Source: Chrysomallon squamiferum
Lineage: Eukaryota > Animalia > Mollusca
Reading direction: 5' to 3'
Length of the DNA stretch: 64,000 bases
Assembly (NCBI GenBank): GCA_012295275.1
Contig: CM022679.1
Span: forward strand, 21,638,001 to 21,702,000
In this document: positions 58,100-64,000 of the stretch, piece after piece
How the letters are laid out: every line of letters begins with the position of its first letter
Position numbering within the stretch: position 1 is the first letter of the stretch
Notes under the pieces: generated by a model
The model's input: only the letters and a program-made list of their open reading frames with translations
The model's database searches: none
What the model was told of the DNA's origin: nothing
Made by a program: the position numbers and the translations under genes

Positions 58100-59834
58100 T
58101 CTATCTATTTATCTGTGTAAAAAATGATTTTACCCGTACATCGTCAGTATATGTTATCAACCACTGGACAGTCTGTCTATCACTCTAAAGTAGAGGTACT
58201 TTAGCAATACTGTACAGTTTGATCACGATTCAAAATAGATGTCATCGTTACTACCGGATTACTGTCTGTAAAACAAGATGTCAGCATCACCTTATACTGT
58301 TAGGCTTTGTGGCTGCTATTGCAAATGTCAGACATCTGCAATTGTTGATAGTTTTATAATGAATTTTGTTAAACTAATACAAAAAGGAAGGAAGATGAAG
58401 AAGAATAAGTATGAGAAAGGAAGAAAAAAAATGAAGTAAACAAGGAAAGGTAGAAAAAGGAGAAGAAACAAAAAAAGATTGAAAACAAAATGAAAGAAGA
58501 ACAAAAAAAGTGAAGGAAAGAAAAGAAGTTAAGAACAGAAAAAAAAAAAAAAAAAAAAAAAAAGAAGAAGAAGAAAAAAGAATTACAACAGCAACAACAA
58601 CAAAAAAATCCACTTTCAAGAATTAAGTTAATTATCAGCCATAACGAACAAAAAGAAAACAAAAAACAAGATAATAGTCATGGAAAACATCATGTATTTT
58701 CTGCCAACGCAAATTCAATGACCACGCAATAACATTAAAACCCGACATTAAAGTAACAAAACATTTGTACAAATAATGAATATCTTTCATATTATTTTAA
58801 TAATAATAATAAAAAAAATGTATTAACAATCTGTCATGTAAGATGGTACAGCGAATGGAAAATGGACAAAAAAAAAAAAAAAAAAAAAAAAGAAAGAAAA
58901 AAATCCACAGTGCACCTACATTCATTAAGTGAAACGATTTATCCCTTGGGATGTCATCACTTTTGTCATCGTTTTAGCCAAATGCCAGACACTCTTGGCA
59001 CCAGAGTGACTGAGTCTATGAAACTGCTTCAGCTTTCATAAAGTCTGCATAGCAGTTGTAAATATCGACTGACAAGTGGTTTTTGAAAATGGAAACAACC
59101 AGTCGATATAATGCACATTTAAAGACCCACTGAAAATGGAAAGATAAAGACCGTAATGCGCACGTTTAAAGATTCAGCGCTTGGTCGCGAGCGTTAAGCA
59201 TCCAGTAAAAGATAAGTGAAGACGTGTCAAGCCTTGAAATCCTGTTTAGACTCTGCACCGTAATTGACTGAGACTGTCTACACTGGTCTCTCGAATTGCC
59301 CACACAGACGTATACAAGTTGTAGAAAAGACAGAAATTGTCTAAGTGTGACTCGTAGCAAATTGAATGTAATGTTTGTGCCAAGACTGAATACCACTAAG
59401 TACCAAACTACTGTACCAGAAATACGACTACTGACACATAACGAAAGGATTTTAGACAACGCAACTAAAGAAAACAATAAACATAGTCGTAGATAATCTA
59501 ATAATTTTATCAAGGAAACTAATAAAGGTGATCGTTTTTGATCAGAGGTTAGATGTCTGAAGTATCTCATTAAAAACAAAAATCACCAGTGACAGTTGTA
59601 TCAAGACTAACAGGAACATCGCAAACAGAAAGTGTGTCCAAAGACAAAAAAAAGTATACCAAAAACTCATATCCGTTTAAACAGGAATCGAAACCTGTTT
59701 TATTTTATTTTAAGGTAAAAAAAAATTCCCTATATTTTAAAACATCCTATATCGCATTTATTTAAATCACAGCATTGCCGTCCTGTTTTATAACATCTCT
59801 GTAACAGTAAATGTTTTATGGGAAGGTATAAATA

Positions 59835-59945
59835 TTATTAAACTCTAGGGTTGACTTCTGCTATTGGCTTTCTGTCTCAGTTAGCTGAGAAGATGCATAA
59901 ACATGACGCCGACATTTTATTACTTACAGAAACATCTTTACATGC
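59835..59945 (+). mobile_element. Possible tiny relic of a LINE (non-LTR) APE endonuclease N-terminus
   Basis: LLNSR(frameshift)GLTSAIGFLSQLAEKMHKHDADILLLTETSL resembles the N.RGL...L......DII.L.ET.L motif of LINE ORF2. It is short and could be chance. Confidence 0.3.
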
Positions 59946-60049
59946 AAATCATGCAACATATAACACGCAGATATGTTATTATTATTTTATCATTATTGTT
60001 ATTATCGTTATCATCATCATCATAATCATCATCATCATCATCATCATCA

Positions 60050-60080
<31 letters not shown>

Positions 60081-61984
60081 CTGTTAGACTGTCTGTATCC
60101 ATCTAGCTACATGTCTGACTGTCTGTCTGTTTATATAAAATGTAGTTATTGATGTTAAAACGTTCACCTCTTTTCACTTCATCTTTCTAAAGCAGAATAC
60201 AGCAGACAGGAGACATTGATGATTTTCTTGGTAATAATGGTTTATAGTTTCACCTGTAGCAATATCACGTCCAGTAGGTCGTTGTCATGGCAACATTAAG
60301 AGTGCCCTGGGTAAGATTATTTCGTCTAATTGAGAGACGTGAAGGTGAAAACTCGTCTGTATTTATCTGAGTTGATGACATCGTAGAGTAACACGGTATT
60401 TGTTTTGCAATCGTTAAATTGACATTTGTTTGATGAGATCTCGACATATTCATGTTTTTATTTTAACACTGACAGTTATCACGTGTCACTTAATGGCTCC
60501 GTTATGTAGAATAAAAAGAGGAAAACTGCTGCCATTTACTCAGAGGGTCACTCTTTAATAGCTATGAGCAAAAGATATTTTATGATGGACCTTCTCGTTT
60601 ACAGGAAAATACATTTTAGGGGGTTTTTTTTTATTAATTGACTTGTTGGTACGATTTGAAACGGTAATTTATCTTGAAAAGAATAAATAAGCTGATACAA
60701 AGATAAATATTCCTTTTCCAACGGCAGCTAAAAATGACCTACACGGAATGAGCCAGAAAAAGAAAGAAATTTAGAGAAGAAAGTTAAAGAAAAAGAAAGC
60801 CAGAACAAAATTTATCATCATATTCTAAAGTTAAATTGAAGAGTATGTTTCATCATGATAGATTATTGTTATCACTTCCAGCAGTATCACAATAAAAACA
60901 ACACCAGCACCAACACCAACACCAAACAACAACAACAACAATAATAATAATTTATGAAATGTTTCAGGATTATTTTAATTAACAAAACATTCTCTTGCTT
61001 TCTCTATTTCCTTCCACCATTTTAACGCAGATACAGCTCGCTCTATGAACATACGCTCTAGATCAGAAATGAGATCATTTGATATTACCAAAGACGTGTT
61101 AGAATTATCACAGGTTTTTTCTCTGACCTAAACCATCATGGGTCATCCAGCATTACTGGAAACCCCCAAAACCGCTGAAGTTTAGTATTAAGTCTGTACG
61201 AATAGTGCACCTTCCCATTATTTAATCATTAAGTCTCGCGTCCAGAAACCATCACCATCGATTGCAGTTTTTTAAAAACACAACTTGCTGGCAAGACCAT
61301 TCGTCGCTTTGCATATAGATCATCTCATTCATTAGAGGAGCGTAATTTGAGGTGGACACCCAAAAGCTTTCCGGCTGAAACGATGCGAGAGTGTAAAAAA
61401 GATCCAATAAAATTCATTTCATCAGACAACGGGAGAGATTAAAGCTTCATGACTTTGTCAGAGACGTTTACAGCGAGACGGAAAACCAATAACGAGGACG
61501 TGGCTGCCCGGCTGACAATTGTCTGAAATTACGTTTTCTTACACACCCATTGTTTTGTATGGGAGACTGATCGACTTTGCGAAATGAATTGACTGAATTT
61601 TCTTTGATAATCGCTTTTAAACCAAGGTCTTCTGATTGTAAATGTGGTAGTAAAATTTGCAGTCACAATTAACCAGTTCTTTGTTTACAGTCGTTTTACT
61701 GTTTGATTATGATGCTCTTCTTTTTTCTTTTTTTTTCCGGCAAATAAATGCAGTAAAATACTTCGTCTTCAGACAAATTAATATATTCTTTTCAAGGTAT
61801 TTTTGTCTTCTAATACCGACTGGGTTTTTTTATTATGCTGAAAATTAGACTTTCTCCGAATCGTTCCTATTGATGATTATAACTGTATACAGATACATCG
61901 ATGAACAGTTGATGTGAAATAACGCTGTTATTAAAATACGGAATGTAATTCTTTTTATATCTTCAAAAAATATTAACGACATGC

Positions 61985-62960
61985 ATTAACAATAACTGTA
62001 GACATTTTAATTACTGTAATATAAATAAAGTCGACATACGTCTTCATCATTTGGACATTATGACTAAATATAGCAAAAAAGGTCATGCAAAGACGTTATG
62101 AATACGTTTATAAGAATTTTGTCAGAATACGTTGTCAACATATATCAACAACTGTCGGCATTGCAAATAGTACAACAAAAGAATTGTCTAGACATAATAA
62201 CGTTTATTGGACATGTTGACTATCGATAACAATAGTAATAACTCGGCATATAAAGAACTGTTTTGACAACATATAACAATAATAATTATACTAATATTCT
62301 CTAATATGTAATTATTAACATATATATTATTACTTTTGTTACACATAGCCAACATGTGCAATAACTGTCAATTATATAAAGCTATTACTTCTATTATTAG
62401 TAGTCAAAATGTTCAGTAACTGTTAATATATAAAGCTATAGTTTTGACCGCCTGTACATCAGTAATACTTTTATGTGTTAACAGGTGTTAGACTTAGCGA
62501 TTACCGATAACATTAGTAATAACTTTATAACATTAACAGTTACTTGACATTTTGACCACAATGACAATAATAATTATATTAGTAAGTATTTAATATAAAA
62601 TTATTAATATTTATTGTTATTTTGACTATCAGTAACAGAATTTTGACCACTAATAACTTCATATGTTAACTGTTATTGGACATTCTGGCTACGTGTAACG
62701 ACAGTAATAACTTTCTATATTAACAATTACTGGACATTTTGACTACCAATAACAGAAGTAAAAACTTTTTTTTATTAATAATTATTGGACATTTTGACCA
62801 GGTAGAGCAGTAGAAATAACGTGATAAGTTCAAAGCTATTGGATATTTTGAATACCTGTAACAGAATTAATAACATTGGATATTAAATATGCTAGACATT
62901 TTCACCGTCATCACAATAATTATAACTAACATATTAACAATTGTTGGACATTTTGATTAT
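61985..62960. repeat. Old degenerate minisatellite, ~53-54-bp period, core TTGGACATTTTGAC
   Basis: The core recurs at about 62676, 62729, 62784, 62838, 62891 and 62944, with weaker copies near 61998, 62051, 62207 and 62544. Confidence 0.8.
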
Positions 62961-63356
62961 GTTTTGCTGGGATTTGTTTTGGTTCACACACATACGAAAA
63001 AAAATAATTAATAATAAAAAAAAATAAAAAATAATAAAATTAAAAACATTAAATTAAATAAATTAAAATAAAATTTAAAAAATTAAAAAGAAACCTCGAG
63101 CAATCCATCAACAATAAATGATCTTCAAATCAAGTCAGTAAACCCCCAGCAAAAGAAAAAACAAAACAAAAAATAACAGCCAATTCCCATCAACAACATC
63201 AACAACAACTTCAGTATCAGAATTAAAAATAAAAAAATAAAAATAAAAATTATAACATTGTTTTGAACAGTTTTGAACGCATTTTGTTATTGCATCTTAC
63301 CTTATCTATCAGTCTGTCTGTCTGTCTGTCTATCTGTATGTCTGTCTATCTGTCTG

Positions 63357-63402
<46 letters not shown>

Positions 63403-64000
63403 ATCTATCTATAGAACGTACGAAAGTCACAAACATTAACAGCATAACAGAAAATATGAAGATAGATTTTATTAATATTAAATGTAAAGGCAGCTGAAAA
63501 TAAAATCAAAGTAAAAGAACATTTGTTTACAATATTTTCACCAGATTTGAATATATTCTTATTAATCAGAATATTCTTTGAAGTACTTTGATGTTTTGTT
63601 ATCAGTCAGCTAATAATAACATATTTACACTGCTGATACATATTAATGTATGTTTTAAGAAATGTTAATAAAGAAATTATTTTGCATGTTCTTGTAGGAT
63701 TTCATTATGGCTTTTTCAAATATATAAAATCAATTAACTTATTAAAAGATTCCAAGAATTTTTTAAAGATGGAATAGTTAAATATTTCAGCGATGACAAA
63801 GAAAAGAGTTATTTTAAAATTTTAATATTATATCTAAGTACTGTAAAAAAAAATATTTTCAAAATGATATAGAGATAGCATTATAGATAAACAGAAATAA
63901 AAGAATTTAATACAAATATATTTCTGAATGTTTATTTTGAAGTTGTGTATACTTTCAATGATAAAACAAAAAAATTATTTTGAAAGATGTTCAGTAAGAA

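Noticed and set aside
59166-59579. 137-aa minus-strand ORF
   Set aside because: No recognisable motifs or splice signals; likely a chance ORF.
60265-60453. TARP exon 1 candidate (…NVAMTTTYWT resembles IAVGTDYW)
   Set aside because: Immediate stop, no TM1 hydrophobic helix and no GLW motif; the frame compatible with the nearby donor contains a stop.
61985-62960. CRISPR-like repeat-spacer array
   Set aside because: The cores are short and degenerate and the linkers are homologous to each other.

Overview
AT-rich, microsatellite-dense animal genomic DNA. It is invertebrate; a mollusc/cephalopod-like origin is only inferred from composition. Nearly all ORFs in the supplied track are simple-repeat artefacts. 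Splicing by hand reveals two head-to-tail, minus-strand PMP22/claudin-superfamily genes with the same exon architecture and all phase-1 introns. (A) A stargazin/TARP (CACNG-type AMPA-receptor auxiliary subunit) gene has exons 2-4 at 34319-34227, 31253-31113 and 27020-26476, an Arg/Ser-rich tail and the exact stargazin C-terminus RRTTPV; exon 1 was not found and is probably beyond 64000. (B) A divergent claudin-like tetraspan gene has exons 1-3 at 19690-19447, 4713-4624 and 359-222, with its last exon before position 1. The introns hold a TA-flanked MITE, a decayed Tc1/mariner transposon plus an inverted 5' fragment of the same family, several minisatellites and perfect nuclear-receptor direct repeats. 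The top leads are: a candidate 9-nt in-frame microexon or recursive splice site in TARP intron 1, bracketed by the inverted Tc1 arms; a 20-copy 26-bp array starting 11 nt into TARP intron 2; and the potential for in-frame chimeric splicing between the two paralogues.
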